DNA of 64,000 nt from Elusimicrobia bacterium GWA2_62_23 (GTDB lineage: Bacteria; Elusimicrobiota; Elusimicrobia; Elusimicrobiales; UBA9959). The notes beneath the pieces were generated by a model, which worked only from the letters and a program-made list of their open reading frames with translations, made no database searches and was not told the origin of the DNA. The translations under genes and the position numbers were made by a program. Position 1 is the stretch's first letter. Every line of letters starts with the position of its first letter. Positions 37,234 to 47,188 of this stretch are shown piece by piece. The stretch is taken from NCBI GenBank assembly GCA_001799635.1, contig MGTV01000029.1, positions 65,309 to 129,308 on the forward strand, given 5' to 3'.

Positions 37234-38238
37234 ATGACAAAAACAGAATTTACCGCGGTAGTGCCGGTGGCAGGGGCGGGGACGCGCCTGCGCCCGCATA
37301 CGCATACCTACCCCAAGGTGCTGCTGACCGTGGGCGACAAGCCTATCATCGGCCATATCCTCGACGACCTCAGGGCCGCGGGCATAAAGAAGGTCTGCAT
37401 GGTGGTGGGCTACCTGGGCGACAAGATCAAGGACTACGTCTCGAAGAATTATAAGGGGCTGGACGTTTCCTACGTGGAGCAGGCCGAACAGAAAGGCCTG
37501 GGGCACGCCATCTGGCTGACCCGCCGCAACGTCACCGGCCCGGTGCTGGTGATGTTGGGCGACACCATCCTGGACGCGGACCTGGCCAAGTTCATGACCT
37601 CCAAGGACGACTGCATAGCCGTGAAGGAAGTGGCCGACCCGCGCCGCTTCGGCGTGGTGGAGACGAAAGGCGGCTATATTTCCGCTATGGTGGAGAAGCC
37701 CGAGCACCCGAAGACCAACCTGGCCATAGTGGGCATCTATTCTTTCCGCAATTCCTCGGCGCTCTACAACAGCCTGGAAAAACTGGTGGATTCCGGCCAG
37801 ACCACCAAAGGCGAGATCCAGTTCACCGACGCCATGGCCGCCATGGTGAAGGCCGGCCACAAGATAAAGCCGGTGGCGATAGAAGGCTGGTACGATTGCG
37901 GCAAGCCCGAGACGCTGCTGGAGACCAATCGCCATATCCTGGACAAGAAGAAGTTCTCGCCGAAGGCCAAGAACTCGCTGATCATCCCGCCGGTCTATAT
38001 CGCGCCTACCGCGCAGGTGACCAATTCCATAGTGGGCCCTTACGTGTCCCTCGGCGACGGGGTGCGGGTGGATTCTTCCATAATCTCCGACGCCATAGTC
38101 AACGAGAACGCGTCCATCCAGAACATAAACCTGACCGGCTCGCTGGTGGGGCCGAGCGCCACGGTGGTGGGCCGCAAGGACCAGCTGAACGTGGGCGAGA
38201 ACTCCGAGATCCGCTTCGATAAAACTTCCTGCGATTAG
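37234..38238 (+). CDS. Sugar-1-phosphate nucleotidyltransferase with C-terminal LbH domain
   Basis: 334 aa. VVPVAGAGTRLRP...PKVLL is the G-x-G-T-R-L signature, and the C-terminus has hexapeptide repeats. Confidence 0.8.
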   Translation: MTKTEFTAVVPVAGAGTRLRPHTHTYPKVLLTVGDKPIIGHILDDLRAAGIKKVCMVVGYLGDKIKDYVSKNYKGLDVSYVEQAEQKGLGHAIWLTRRNVTGPVLVMLGDTILDADLAKFMTSKDDCIAVKEVADPRRFGVVETKGGYISAMVEKPEHPKTNLAIVGIYSFRNSSALYNSLEKLVDSGQTTKGEIQFTDAMAAMVKAGHKIKPVAIEGWYDCGKPETLLETNRHILDKKKFSPKAKNSLIIPPVYIAPTAQVTNSIVGPYVSLGDGVRVDSSIISDAIVNENASIQNINLTGSLVGPSATVVGRKDQLNVGENSEIRFDKTSCD

Positions 38239-38242
38239 GGTC

Positions 38243-38404
38243 GGGAACGCCACCGGGACCGGAACGCAAAAACAGCGTCGCGCACACCGTGCGCGCGCTT
38301 CCGGCTCTCGGCCTCGGCGCTTGCGTAAGCCTCGGGCAAGTTGTGTCGGCCTTACGGCCTCCACCCCGAGGCGGTTTTGCTTATCCGGTCCCGGCGTCGT
38401 TCCC
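38243..38404. repeat. Intergenic hairpin-type repeat element, copy B (homologous core to 25022-25148)
   Basis: A 20-bp imperfect inverted repeat, GGGAACGCCACCGGGACCGG (38243-38262) / CCGGTCCCGGCGTCGTTCCC (38385-38404), is extended by GCAAAAAC / GTTTTGC. The core at 38307-38335 matches 25084-25112. Confidence 0.6.
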
Positions 38405-38427
38405 TTCCGGGCGACATAATTATTAAC

Positions 38428-39594
38428 TTATTGCCAGTTTAGGGCTTTGATGCGGCGGGCGGCCTCGGCCAGTTTGGCGTCGGGCTCGGTGAGCGAGAAG
38501 CGCACGTAGCCTTCGCCGCAGCGGCCGAAACCTGAGCCGGGCGCGGCCAGGATGGAGGCCTTTTCCAGCATGAACATGATGGCGTCCAGCGAATCGCGCT
38601 TTGCCGGCGGGCGGGCCCAGACGAAGCAGCTGCCCTTGGGGTCGGGGAACTTCCAGCCGCTCTCGTGCAGGGCGGCGCAGAAAGAGTCGGCCCGGCGCTT
38701 GAAATGCGCGCGGATCGGGGGGACTATCTTCTCGTGGTTCTTGAGCGCGTAGGCCACGGCGTTCTGGATGGCGTTGAACGGCCCGGAGTCTATGTTCTCC
38801 TTAAGCTGGTTGAGCGCGCAGACCAGTTTGGAATTGCCCACCACCCAGCCCACGCGCCAGCCGGCCATGCAGTAGGTCTTGGAAGAGGAATAGAACTCCA
38901 CCGCCACGTCGCGCGCGCCGGGGACTTCCAGCAGGCTCGGCGCGGGCTTGCCGAAATAGATCTCGCAGTAGGCCGCGTCCTGCGCTATGATCACGCTGTT
39001 CTTCCGGGCCCATTTCACCAGGTCCCTGTAGAAGTCCAGCGTGGCGCCGGCGCCGGTTGGATTATTGGGATAGTTCAGGAAGAAAAGTTTGGTGCGGGCC
39101 ACCACCTTCCGCGGGATCTTGCCCAGGTCGGGCAGGAAACCGTTCTTTTCTTCCAGCGCCACGTCGTGGATGCGGCCGCCGGACAGCACCACGCCGGTGC
39201 GGTAGGTGGGGTAGGTGGGGTCCGGGACCAGGCAGTAGTCGCCGGGGTTCATCACGGTGAAAGGCAGGTGGGCTATGCCCTCCTTGGACCCGATCAGCAC
39301 CGAAACCTCGTCGTTGGGGTGGAAAGCCAGGCCGTGGCGGCGCTTGTGCCAGGCGGAGATCTCCTTCCTTAAATTCTCGTTGCCCTTGGTATTGGGGTAG
39401 CGGTGATTGCGGCCGTTCTTCAGTTCTTTGGCCGCGTCGCTCACTATGCGCCGGTCGGTGGGGATGTCCGGGTCGCCCACGGCCAGGCTGATAATGTCCT
39501 TGCCTTTGGCCCGCTCGGCGCGTTCCTTGCGGTAGAGTTCCTCGAACAAAAAAGGTTTGAACGACTTGAGCTTATCGCTGAGTTCTATTTTCAT
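38428..39594 (-). CDS. Class I/II PLP aminotransferase (LL-diaminopimelate aminotransferase DapL-like)
   Basis: 388 aa with ISLAVGDPDIPT, YPNNPTG and YSSSKTYCMAGWRVG (PLP-lysine context). Confidence 0.8.
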   Translation of the reverse strand: MKIELSDKLKSFKPFLFEELYRKERAERAKGKDIISLAVGDPDIPTDRRIVSDAAKELKNGRNHRYPNTKGNENLRKEISAWHKRRHGLAFHPNDEVSVLIGSKEGIAHLPFTVMNPGDYCLVPDPTYPTYRTGVVLSGGRIHDVALEEKNGFLPDLGKIPRKVVARTKLFFLNYPNNPTGAGATLDFYRDLVKWARKNSVIIAQDAAYCEIYFGKPAPSLLEVPGARDVAVEFYSSSKTYCMAGWRVGWVVGNSKLVCALNQLKENIDSGPFNAIQNAVAYALKNHEKIVPPIRAHFKRRADSFCAALHESGWKFPDPKGSCFVWARPPAKRDSLDAIMFMLEKASILAAPGSGFGRCGEGYVRFSLTEPDAKLAEAARRIKALNWQ

Positions 39595-39618
39595 AAATCT
39601 TGGCGCGGGCCGCCGGGG

Positions 39619-40881
39619 TTATTGCGCGAGGGTGAGCAGGCTCAGGCTTGGCAGGTAGGTGACCAGGGCCAGCATGGCGAGCAAGATGAGCAGGAAGGGC
39701 CCGACGGCGCGGTAGAGTTCCGGCAGCTTCTTGTGAAAGCGCGAGCTCGACAGGAAGAGGTTGAGCCCCAGCGGCGGCAGCATGTAGCCTATCTCCAGGT
39801 TCAAGAGGAAGATGATGCCCAGGTGCACGGGGTCTATGCCGTACTGGGCCGCCACCGGCACTATGATGGGCACCACTATGATGATGGCCGAGAAGATCTC
39901 TATCATGTTGATGACGAGCAGGAAGGCGTTGAGCAGCACCAGGAACAGGACCTTGCTGGCCACGTAGGTGTGCAGCCAGGCGAAGACCTGGTCCGGGATC
40001 TGCGCGTCTATGAGGTAGTTGGTGAAACCGAGCGCCGTGCCCAGCACCATGAAGATGGCGCCTACCAGCAGCATGCTCTTCACGGCCACGCGGGGCAGGT
40101 CCTTGGAGAAGGAGAGGTCCTTGTAGATGAAGACCTCGGTGACGATTACGTAGAAGGCCATGACCGAGGCGGCCTCGCTGGCCGTGAACAGGCCTTTGTA
40201 GATGCCGCCTATTATAAGGAAGGGCAGCGGCAGTTCCCAGGCTATGTTCCGGGCGGCCTTTTTGAGCGCGGCCGCGGAGAAGGGGATATGCTTCACGCCG
40301 GCTTTGCGGGCGGTGAAGAAGGCGTAAACCGACAGGGCCACGAGCAGCAGCGCGCCCGGCAGCAGGCCGGCCCGGAAGAGACGGTCTATGTCTATCTTGG
40401 CCACTATGCCGTAGAGGATGATGGGCAGGCTGGGCGGGAACAGCAGGCCGAGGCTGCCGGTGGTGGTGAGCAGGCCCAGGGTGAACTTCTCGGGGTAGCC
40501 CTGCTTGTGCAGCATGGGGTAGAGCAGGCCGCCCAGGGCTATGATGGTGACGCCGGAGGCGCCGGTGAAAGCCGTGAACAGGGCGGTGGTGAACAGGGCC
40601 ACTATGGCGAGGCCGCCGGGGAGCGTGCCGAACAGGGCCTCGGCCAGGGCCAGCATGCGCTGAGGGGCTTTGCTTTCCGCGAGGATATAGCCGGAGAACG
40701 TGAACAGCGGGATGGCGATGAGCGCCGGCAGCGAGGCCAGGCGCAGCATTTCCACTATAACGGCGGAGGAATCTATGCCGGCCGCGGCGAACAGGAAGAT
40801 GGCGCCGCCGCCTATGAGCGTGAAGACCGGCGAGCCCAGGAAGGCCAGTACCAGGATGAGCAGCCCTATGAGCAGGCCCAT
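39619..40881 (-). CDS. dctM: TRAP transporter large permease subunit
   Basis: 420 aa polytopic protein with a typical DctM sequence (IDPVHLGIIFLLNLEIGYMLPPLGLNLF). Confidence 0.9.
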   Translation of the reverse strand: MGLLIGLLILVLAFLGSPVFTLIGGGAIFLFAAAGIDSSAVIVEMLRLASLPALIAIPLFTFSGYILAESKAPQRMLALAEALFGTLPGGLAIVALFTTALFTAFTGASGVTIIALGGLLYPMLHKQGYPEKFTLGLLTTTGSLGLLFPPSLPIILYGIVAKIDIDRLFRAGLLPGALLLVALSVYAFFTARKAGVKHIPFSAAALKKAARNIAWELPLPFLIIGGIYKGLFTASEAASVMAFYVIVTEVFIYKDLSFSKDLPRVAVKSMLLVGAIFMVLGTALGFTNYLIDAQIPDQVFAWLHTYVASKVLFLVLLNAFLLVINMIEIFSAIIIVVPIIVPVAAQYGIDPVHLGIIFLLNLEIGYMLPPLGLNLFLSSSRFHKKLPELYRAVGPFLLILLAMLALVTYLPSLSLLTLAQ

Positions 40882-41381
40882 CAGAAAGGCCCCTCGAAAG
40901 AATCCTCGGGCCGGAAAATGCCGATGAGTGTGTGTACTCCGATCAAGGCGAAGGAAAGGGGAATGATGATCTCGGCCCAGCCGCCCTGCACGCCGAAGTG
41001 GCCGATGTAGAAGGCGATGGAGCCGGAGGCGAACTCGTCACGGATAAATTTCCACGAGGCGTGGAACAGCAGCGCGGCCGCCACTATCATGAAGCAGTCC
41101 GCGACCACCTCCAGCGGGCGCTGCAGTTTCTTGGGAGCGAACTTTACAAAAGCTTCCAGAGCGAAGTGGTGGGAGTAGCGGGCGGCGAGAGCCGCGCCGG
41201 TGAGGCCGGCCCAGAGCACCATGTGGCGCAGCAGCGGGTCCAGCCAGACTATGCCGGAATGGAACAGCAGGCGCAGCAGCACCTGCGTGAAGGACAGGGC
41301 CACCATGGCGAAAATGAGGCCCACTACCACGGCCTTTTCCGTCTTTACCACGTATTCTTCAGCCCTGAAAATGAAGCGCAT
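40881..41381 (-). CDS. dctQ: TRAP transporter small permease subunit
   Basis: 166 aa with 4 TM helices. It lies immediately upstream of dctM with a 1-nt overlap. Confidence 0.8.
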   Translation of the reverse strand: MRFIFRAEEYVVKTEKAVVVGLIFAMVALSFTQVLLRLLFHSGIVWLDPLLRHMVLWAGLTGAALAARYSHHFALEAFVKFAPKKLQRPLEVVADCFMIVAAALLFHASWKFIRDEFASGSIAFYIGHFGVQGGWAEIIIPLSFALIGVHTLIGIFRPEDSFEGPF

Positions 41382-41466
41382 ATTTTTATTATCCTAAATG
41401 CCGGCGCGGTTAAGCAAGGGAGGGGGAAAAAGTCCGGCTATTTTTGTATCATAGCGGTAGAGAACC

Positions 41467-42159
41467 ATGAATATAAATTGTCCCCATTGCGGTAAGACCG
41501 TTCCCTCGGCGGATATCAATATCCAGTCCGCCATGGCCAAGTGCTCCTCCTGCAGCGCCGTGTTCGGCTTCGCCGACAAGGTGCCCGGCGCGCTGGTCCC
41601 GGACAAGCGCGCCGTGGAAATGCCGCGCGGCTATACGCTGGGTACCGACGGGGCGGACCTGGTGATAATCCGGCGCTGGATGTCGGCCAAGTTCGTCTTC
41701 CTGTTTTTCTTCTGCGTTTTTTGGGACGGCTTTTTGTTCTTCTGGTATTCCGTGGCCGTCTCCAAAGGCGCCCCGCTGATGGCCATCCTGTTCCCGCTTA
41801 TCCACGTGGCGGTGGGCGTGGGCCTGACCTATTTCACCATAGCCGGCTTCGTGAACCGGACCAGGATAAACGTGAACCCGGCCGAGGTCCGCATAAAGCA
41901 TTACCCGCTGCCCTGGGCCGGCAACAGGACCGTGCAGCGCGCCGAGATAGAGCAGCTTTTCTGCGAAGAGAAGGTCTCCCGCAACAAGAACGGCGCCAGT
42001 TTCAGCTACATCCTGAGCGCGGTGACCCGGTCGGGCGGCCGGCTCAAACTGGTCTCGGGCCTGGACAAGCCGGAAGACGCCCTGTTCCTGGAGCAGAAGA
42101 TAGAAGGTTACCTGGGGATTTCCGACCGCCCTGTGGCTGGAGAAATGCGACAGGTATAA
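41467..42159 (+). CDS. Hypothetical membrane protein with N-terminal zinc-ribbon
   Basis: 230 aa. CPHCG...CSSCS is a CxxC pair, followed by two TM helices and a soluble C-terminal domain. I recognise no family. Confidence 0.55.
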   Translation: MNINCPHCGKTVPSADINIQSAMAKCSSCSAVFGFADKVPGALVPDKRAVEMPRGYTLGTDGADLVIIRRWMSAKFVFLFFFCVFWDGFLFFWYSVAVSKGAPLMAILFPLIHVAVGVGLTYFTIAGFVNRTRINVNPAEVRIKHYPLPWAGNRTVQRAEIEQLFCEEKVSRNKNGASFSYILSAVTRSGGRLKLVSGLDKPEDALFLEQKIEGYLGISDRPVAGEMRQV

Positions 42160-42170
42160 AAGAGGACGTT

Positions 42171-43844
42171 ATGCCTACCGACATAGAGATAGCCCGTACC
42201 ATAAAGCTCAAGCACATTAACGACATCGCCGCCGGCCTCGGCGTGCCGCAGGACGACCTGGTGCATTACGGCAAGTACAAGGCCAAGCTGCCGCATAAAC
42301 TCATAGACCTGGAAAAGGTCAAGAAAAGCAAGCTGGTGCTGGTGTCCGCCATTTCACCTACGCCAGCCGGAGAGGGCAAGACCACCGTTTCCATAGGCCT
42401 CACGCTCGGGCTCAACAAGATAGACAAGAAGACCACCGTGGTGCTGCGCGAGCCCTCGCTTGGTCCGGTATTCGGCATCAAGGGCGGCGCCACCGGCGGC
42501 GGCTGGTCCCAGGTGCTGCCCATGGAGGACATCAACCTCCACTTCACCAACGATTTCGCGGCCATCGAGAAAGCGCACAACCTGCTGGCGGCGCTCATCG
42601 ACAACAATGTTCAGAACAAGAAGAACAACCTGGGCATAGATCCCCGTACCGTCACGTGGAAGCGCGTGATGGACATGAACGACCGCTCCCTGCGCAAGAT
42701 CATAGTGGGCCTGGGCGGCACCATGAGCGGCGTGCCGCGCGAGACCGGCTTCGACATAGTGGCCGCTTCGGAAGTTATGGCCATCTTCTGCCTCTCCAAC
42801 GACCTGGCGCACCTCAAGGAGAAGCTCGGCAACATTTTCGTGGGCTACACCTACGACCGCAAACCGGTGTACGCCCGCGACCTCAAGGCCAACGGCGCCA
42901 TGGCCGCCCTGCTCAAGGACGCCATCATGCCGAACCTGGTGCAGACCAGCGAAGGCACCCCCGCCATCATCCACGGCGGGCCTTTCGCCAATATCGCCCA
43001 CGGCTGTAATTCCATCATAGCCACGCGCATGGGCATGAGCCTGTCCGAGTACGTGGTGACCGAGGCCGGTTTCGCTTTCGAACTGGGCGCGGAGAAGTTC
43101 CTGGACATCAAATGCCGCTACGCCGGGCTGTGTCCGAGCGCCGCGGTGCTGGTGGCCACGGTGCGCGCTCTGAAATATCACGGCGGCGTGGGGCTGAAAG
43201 AACTCGGCAAGCCCGACCCTGCCGCGGTGAAGAAGGGCCTGGAAAATTTGGAAAAGCACGTGGAGAACATGAAGCAGTTCGAGCTGTCCCCCGTGGTGGC
43301 CCTGAACCTTTTCGCCTCCGACACGCCGGAGGAGATCGCCGTGGTGAAGGCCAAGTGCGCCGAGCTGGGCGTGCCGGTGGCCGTGGCCGACGTCTGGGGC
43401 AAGGGCGGCGCCGGTGCCGTGGAGCTGGCCGAGATAGTGGCCCGCACCGTGGACGCCAAGAAGAGCTGCGGCTTCAAGCCGGTTTACGAGTGGGAATGGC
43501 CGGTGGAGAAGAAGATAGAGGCCATAGCTTCCAAGATGTACGGCGCGAAACACATAGACTACACCGCCAAGGCCAGGAAGGACCTGGAGAAGATAAACGG
43601 CCTGGGCCTGGACAAACTGCCGGTCTGTATAGCCAAGACGCAGAAGTCGCTGTCCGACAACCCCGACCTGATAGGCCGCCCGAAGGACTTCGTGGTGACG
43701 GTGCGCGAGATAGAGATAGCCTCGGGCGCCGGCTTCATCATCCCCATCACCGGCGACATCATGCGCATGCCCGGTTTGCCGGAGCATCCCGCTTCTGAAC
43801 ACATAGACATCGACGCCGACGGGAATATCACGGGACTTTTCTGA
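42171..43844 (+). CDS. fhs: Formate--tetrahydrofolate ligase
   Basis: Starts at MPTDIEIARTIKLKHI (ATG 42171). The track ORF from 41541 is a frame extension. It carries SPTPAGEGKTT (P-loop) and is 557 aa. Confidence 0.95.
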   Translation: MPTDIEIARTIKLKHINDIAAGLGVPQDDLVHYGKYKAKLPHKLIDLEKVKKSKLVLVSAISPTPAGEGKTTVSIGLTLGLNKIDKKTTVVLREPSLGPVFGIKGGATGGGWSQVLPMEDINLHFTNDFAAIEKAHNLLAALIDNNVQNKKNNLGIDPRTVTWKRVMDMNDRSLRKIIVGLGGTMSGVPRETGFDIVAASEVMAIFCLSNDLAHLKEKLGNIFVGYTYDRKPVYARDLKANGAMAALLKDAIMPNLVQTSEGTPAIIHGGPFANIAHGCNSIIATRMGMSLSEYVVTEAGFAFELGAEKFLDIKCRYAGLCPSAAVLVATVRALKYHGGVGLKELGKPDPAAVKKGLENLEKHVENMKQFELSPVVALNLFASDTPEEIAVVKAKCAELGVPVAVADVWGKGGAGAVELAEIVARTVDAKKSCGFKPVYEWEWPVEKKIEAIASKMYGAKHIDYTAKARKDLEKINGLGLDKLPVCIAKTQKSLSDNPDLIGRPKDFVVTVREIEIASGAGFIIPITGDIMRMPGLPEHPASEHIDIDADGNITGLF

Positions 43845-43870
43845 GCGGCCGCTTTCACCGAGGAGACAAC

Positions 43871-44938
43871 ATGAATAAGCATCATCACAATACATCATCC
43901 CCCTGCCCGCATTGCGGCCGCCGCGGCGGATTCCCGGCGCACCTGGCGCTCTCCGCGCTTTTCCTCGCCGCCGCCGTATTTTTCTGGTGGTCCGGCCGCC
44001 GAGGCGCGGCTGTCGCCGCCGCCCCGGACGCTGCCGCCAAGCCGGCCTCCATAGGCGCGCTCTCGGAGGAGAGGGTGGCCTACATGCTTTCTCCGGCCGG
44101 CGCCGACGCATGCGGTTCCTGCCTGACCGCGGCCGATAAATTCCTGCTTGGAAAAGTTGGGGTCGCCGCCGCGGCCAGGACCAGGGGCATGGTCCTGGTG
44201 AGGGCCGGGGAGTATCAGGTGGGGTCTCCGCCCGGAGTCGGCGATCCCGACGAACAGCCGAGGCACGCCGTGGCGCTTGACGCCTACTACCTGGACGCCC
44301 ACGAAGTGACGGTGTCCGACTATATGAAATTCGCCGAGGCCGTGCAGGCAAATTACCCGGAATGGGCGAAGCCGGCCGCTAAAGGCGGCACCTCCGCGGT
44401 CCGGGCCGACGCGGCCGCGGTCATAGCCAGCTGTCCCTCCTGCCCGGTGATGGGGGTTTCCCCCAAGGACGCGGACGCCTATTGTTCTTGGGCCGGTAAG
44501 CGCCTCCCCACCGAAGCGGAGTGGGAAGCCGCCGCCCGCGGCGGCACTGAAACGGCTTTCAGTTTCGGCGATTCTCCGGATGGGATAGGCGAATACGCCT
44601 GGTACGAGGTGAATTCCGGGGGCATGCCGCGCCCGGTGGGCACCAAAAAACCCAATCCTTTAGGCTTCTACGACATGCACGGGAATGTGTGGGAGTGGAC
44701 GGCGGACTTTTACGACAAAGGATACTACGCGGCGAGCCCCAAACGGTCTCCCGCGGGTCCGGAGAAAGGCAGGGACCATGTCCTGCGCGGCGGTTCCTGG
44801 GCTTTCGACCCGGGATCCCTGCGGTCCGGCAACAGGGCCAGCAGCGCCAAGGCCAATGACGACATAGGTTTCCGGTGCGCGGCGGGAAAGGCTGAAATAG
44901 ACCGCCTCGCCGAGGCGGACGCCGCCGCGGCCATCTAG
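43871..44938 (+). CDS. Formylglycine-generating-enzyme (SUMF1/FGE-sulfatase) domain protein, membrane anchored
   Basis: 355 aa with an N-terminal CPHCG plus a TM helix. FGE-domain motifs are GNVWEWTADFY, RGGSW and a terminal FRC. Confidence 0.8.
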   Translation: MNKHHHNTSSPCPHCGRRGGFPAHLALSALFLAAAVFFWWSGRRGAAVAAAPDAAAKPASIGALSEERVAYMLSPAGADACGSCLTAADKFLLGKVGVAAAARTRGMVLVRAGEYQVGSPPGVGDPDEQPRHAVALDAYYLDAHEVTVSDYMKFAEAVQANYPEWAKPAAKGGTSAVRADAAAVIASCPSCPVMGVSPKDADAYCSWAGKRLPTEAEWEAAARGGTETAFSFGDSPDGIGEYAWYEVNSGGMPRPVGTKKPNPLGFYDMHGNVWEWTADFYDKGYYAASPKRSPAGPEKGRDHVLRGGSWAFDPGSLRSGNRASSAKANDDIGFRCAAGKAEIDRLAEADAAAAI

Positions 44939-46065
44939 AGCAGATCTTCTTCTTCTTTCGGCAGGAACCAGCGCTGGGCGGCGAAGGCCGGCAGTACCGC
45001 GCTGGCTATCAGCACGCCCGTCAGCACCGAATACTGCGTCCCGTCCAGGATCCCTTCCTTCGAGCCGTAGACCGCCGCCATCAGGCCGAAGGTGAGCCCG
45101 GTTGACATCAGCAGGGTGAAGCTCCAGCGGTCTTCCGGGAAATAGCGGGCGGCCAGAAAATAAACGCCGGAGAACTTCGCCAGCTGCTTTACCAGGAACA
45201 AAGCGATGAAAAGCCCCGCCGCGCCCAGCAGCGCCGGCGGGTACACCTGCATGCCGGCCGTTATGAAGAAGAAAGGCGTGACGAAGGCGTACGCCACGGT
45301 GCGCAGGCGGCTCTTTACCGCGGCTTGGGCGCCGGCCAGCTGCGGCGCCAGCGCGAGGCCGAAGAGGAAGGCCGGCAGCATGGCCTGTCCGGCGCCCAGC
45401 TCGGCGAGGTAGATGAAGAAGAGCAGGACCAGGAAGACGTACTTTATCTCCGGCTCTATTACCTTGCCGGCCAGCGCGCGGCGGCTCATGAGCCAGCCGG
45501 AAAAGCGCCCGGCGAAGAGCAGGAAGGCGCCGGCCGCGGCCAGCAGCAGCAGGGCGGCGGCGGTGACTTTGAGGAAGGCCGCGCTGAGCGCCAGCGCCGT
45601 CAGGGTATTGGTAAGGAAGGTGCAGGCCATCAGCAGTTTACCTGTCTTCTTCCTCCCCAGGCCGGTTTCGGTGACCACGGAATAGACCACGGCCAGCGAG
45701 GTCTCGGAGAGGGCTATGCCGGCCAGCAGCGACGCCTGCAGGCTCCAGCCGGCGGCGTAGCGGCAGAAAAGCGCGCCGGCCGCGAAAGGCGCCAGGAAGG
45801 AGAGCAGGCCTATGGCCGCGGCCTGCCGGAAATTGTCCTTGAGGAGCTTCGCGTCCACTTCCGCCCCGGCGAGGAAGGTGAGCAGGATCCCGCCGAAGGC
45901 GGCCAGGTAGTTCATCCAGCCGGCCGGTTCCAGGCCCAGGCCGCCGGCGGTCAGGCCCAGCAGGATCTCAAAGACGGCCACGGACAGGCCGAACTTCAGG
46001 CTCAGCGCGCTGGCCGCGAAGACCAGCAGGCCTGCCAGCAGGGGGGTAGCGTCGGGTAGCGTCAT
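44935..46065 (-). CDS. Cation:proton antiporter (Na+/H+ exchanger, CPA family)
   Basis: 376 aa with ~11 TM helices and the typical FLAGAEVD motif. Its stop overlaps the FGE-gene stop at CTAG. Confidence 0.8.
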   Translation of the reverse strand: MTLPDATPLLAGLLVFAASALSLKFGLSVAVFEILLGLTAGGLGLEPAGWMNYLAAFGGILLTFLAGAEVDAKLLKDNFRQAAAIGLLSFLAPFAAGALFCRYAAGWSLQASLLAGIALSETSLAVVYSVVTETGLGRKKTGKLLMACTFLTNTLTALALSAAFLKVTAAALLLLAAAGAFLLFAGRFSGWLMSRRALAGKVIEPEIKYVFLVLLFFIYLAELGAGQAMLPAFLFGLALAPQLAGAQAAVKSRLRTVAYAFVTPFFFITAGMQVYPPALLGAAGLFIALFLVKQLAKFSGVYFLAARYFPEDRWSFTLLMSTGLTFGLMAAVYGSKEGILDGTQYSVLTGVLIASAVLPAFAAQRWFLPKEEEDLL

Positions 46066-46071
46066 AACAGC

Positions 46072-46110
46072 TCCTTGAAAATAAAAACCTCTACCTTTGA
46101 GGGGTAGAGG
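46072..46110 (-). terminator. Rho-independent terminator after dctP
   Basis: A 9-bp stem, ACCTCTACC (46086-46094) / GGTAGAGGT (46102-46110), followed on the minus strand by TTTTTATTTT. Confidence 0.65.
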
Positions 46111-46180
46111 TCATCAGCGCCTTCGCGCGGTTCCCCCGGGGGGCCGGGGCGGCGGACATCATCGCCGTGGTTCAATTGTA

Positions 46181-47188
46181 TTATTTTTTCTTCCCGTTGC
46201 GGAAGGCCTTCAGGGCCGCGTCTACTTTCTCCAGCAACTCCCTGGAGTAGAGCTTGCCCACGAGGGCGAGCCGCGCCGTCTGGCCGGCGGCCTCCAGGTC
46301 CTTCACTACGGCGGCGCTGGCCGGTTCGGTGAACTGCAGCCCTTTCTTCTTGAGGATAACCACCGATTCCTCGTTCTCCTTGCGGCTCTGCAGGGTCAGC
46401 GCCCTGAAATACTTTTCGCCGAGGGCCAGCATGGTCTTCTGATCCTCCTTCGACAGCAGGTCGAAGGTCTTCTTGGAGATGAGCACCGCGCCGCTGGCGT
46501 TGGTGAGCGGCAGGGAGAAAACGTATTTCATGCGGGCGAACCACTGCAGGGCTATCACGGAGAGCGGGGAGCCGTAAACGCCGTTGATCATGCCGGTCTG
46601 CAGCGAGGTCTGCACGTCGGTGATGGAGAGCGGAATTGGCTTTATGTTGAGCGCGGAGAAGGTGGCCTCGGCGATGGGGTCGCCTTCCCAGATCCACATC
46701 TTCACGTTCCTGAGGTCCTCGGGCTTGGTCACCGGGGCGTTGGAGAAGATGTTGACGTTGCCCACCTCGGCCCAGCCCAGCAGTACGTAGCCGCGGCCTT
46801 CGAAGATCTTGCGGAAGTCCGCGTCCATGGTCTTGTAGACGTGGTCTATCTCTTTGGCGTTCTTGAAGAGGAAAGGGGTGTCCAGCAGGCGCGCCTCGGG
46901 GGCCACCTCGCCTATGCCCACGCCGGTAAAGCCGCCGGCGTGCAGCTGGCCCAGGCGGATCTTGCGCACCACGTCCTTTTCGTCGCCGGCTACCCCGCCG
47001 GCGTAGATCTTGAACTTCACGCGGCCGGCGGTCTTGGCGGTGGTCTCTTCGGTGAACTGGCGCATGGCCTTCATCCAGGTGGAGCCGTCGGGCGCCAGGG
47101 TGGCGAACTTCACCATGGTCTGCGCTTTCAGCGGCAGGGCCAGGGCGGTAAGCAGGGCGAACGCGGGCAGGGTCCTAGAAAAGTTCAT
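46181..47188 (-). CDS. dctP: TRAP transporter substrate-binding protein
   Basis: 335 aa with a signal peptide. It has the DctP-type fold signature (VKFKIYAGGVAGDEKDVVRKIRLGQLH). Confidence 0.85.
   Translation of the reverse strand: MNFSRTLPAFALLTALALPLKAQTMVKFATLAPDGSTWMKAMRQFTEETTAKTAGRVKFKIYAGGVAGDEKDVVRKIRLGQLHAGGFTGVGIGEVAPEARLLDTPFLFKNAKEIDHVYKTMDADFRKIFEGRGYVLLGWAEVGNVNIFSNAPVTKPEDLRNVKMWIWEGDPIAEATFSALNIKPIPLSITDVQTSLQTGMINGVYGSPLSVIALQWFARMKYVFSLPLTNASGAVLISKKTFDLLSKEDQKTMLALGEKYFRALTLQSRKENEESVVILKKKGLQFTEPASAAVVKDLEAAGQTARLALVGKLYSRELLEKVDAALKAFRNGKKK

Noticed and set aside
42354-44351. 665-aa - strand ORF
   Set aside because: It lies antisense to fhs, whose translation is unmistakable. 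The ORF is Arg/Gly/His-rich shadow sequence.
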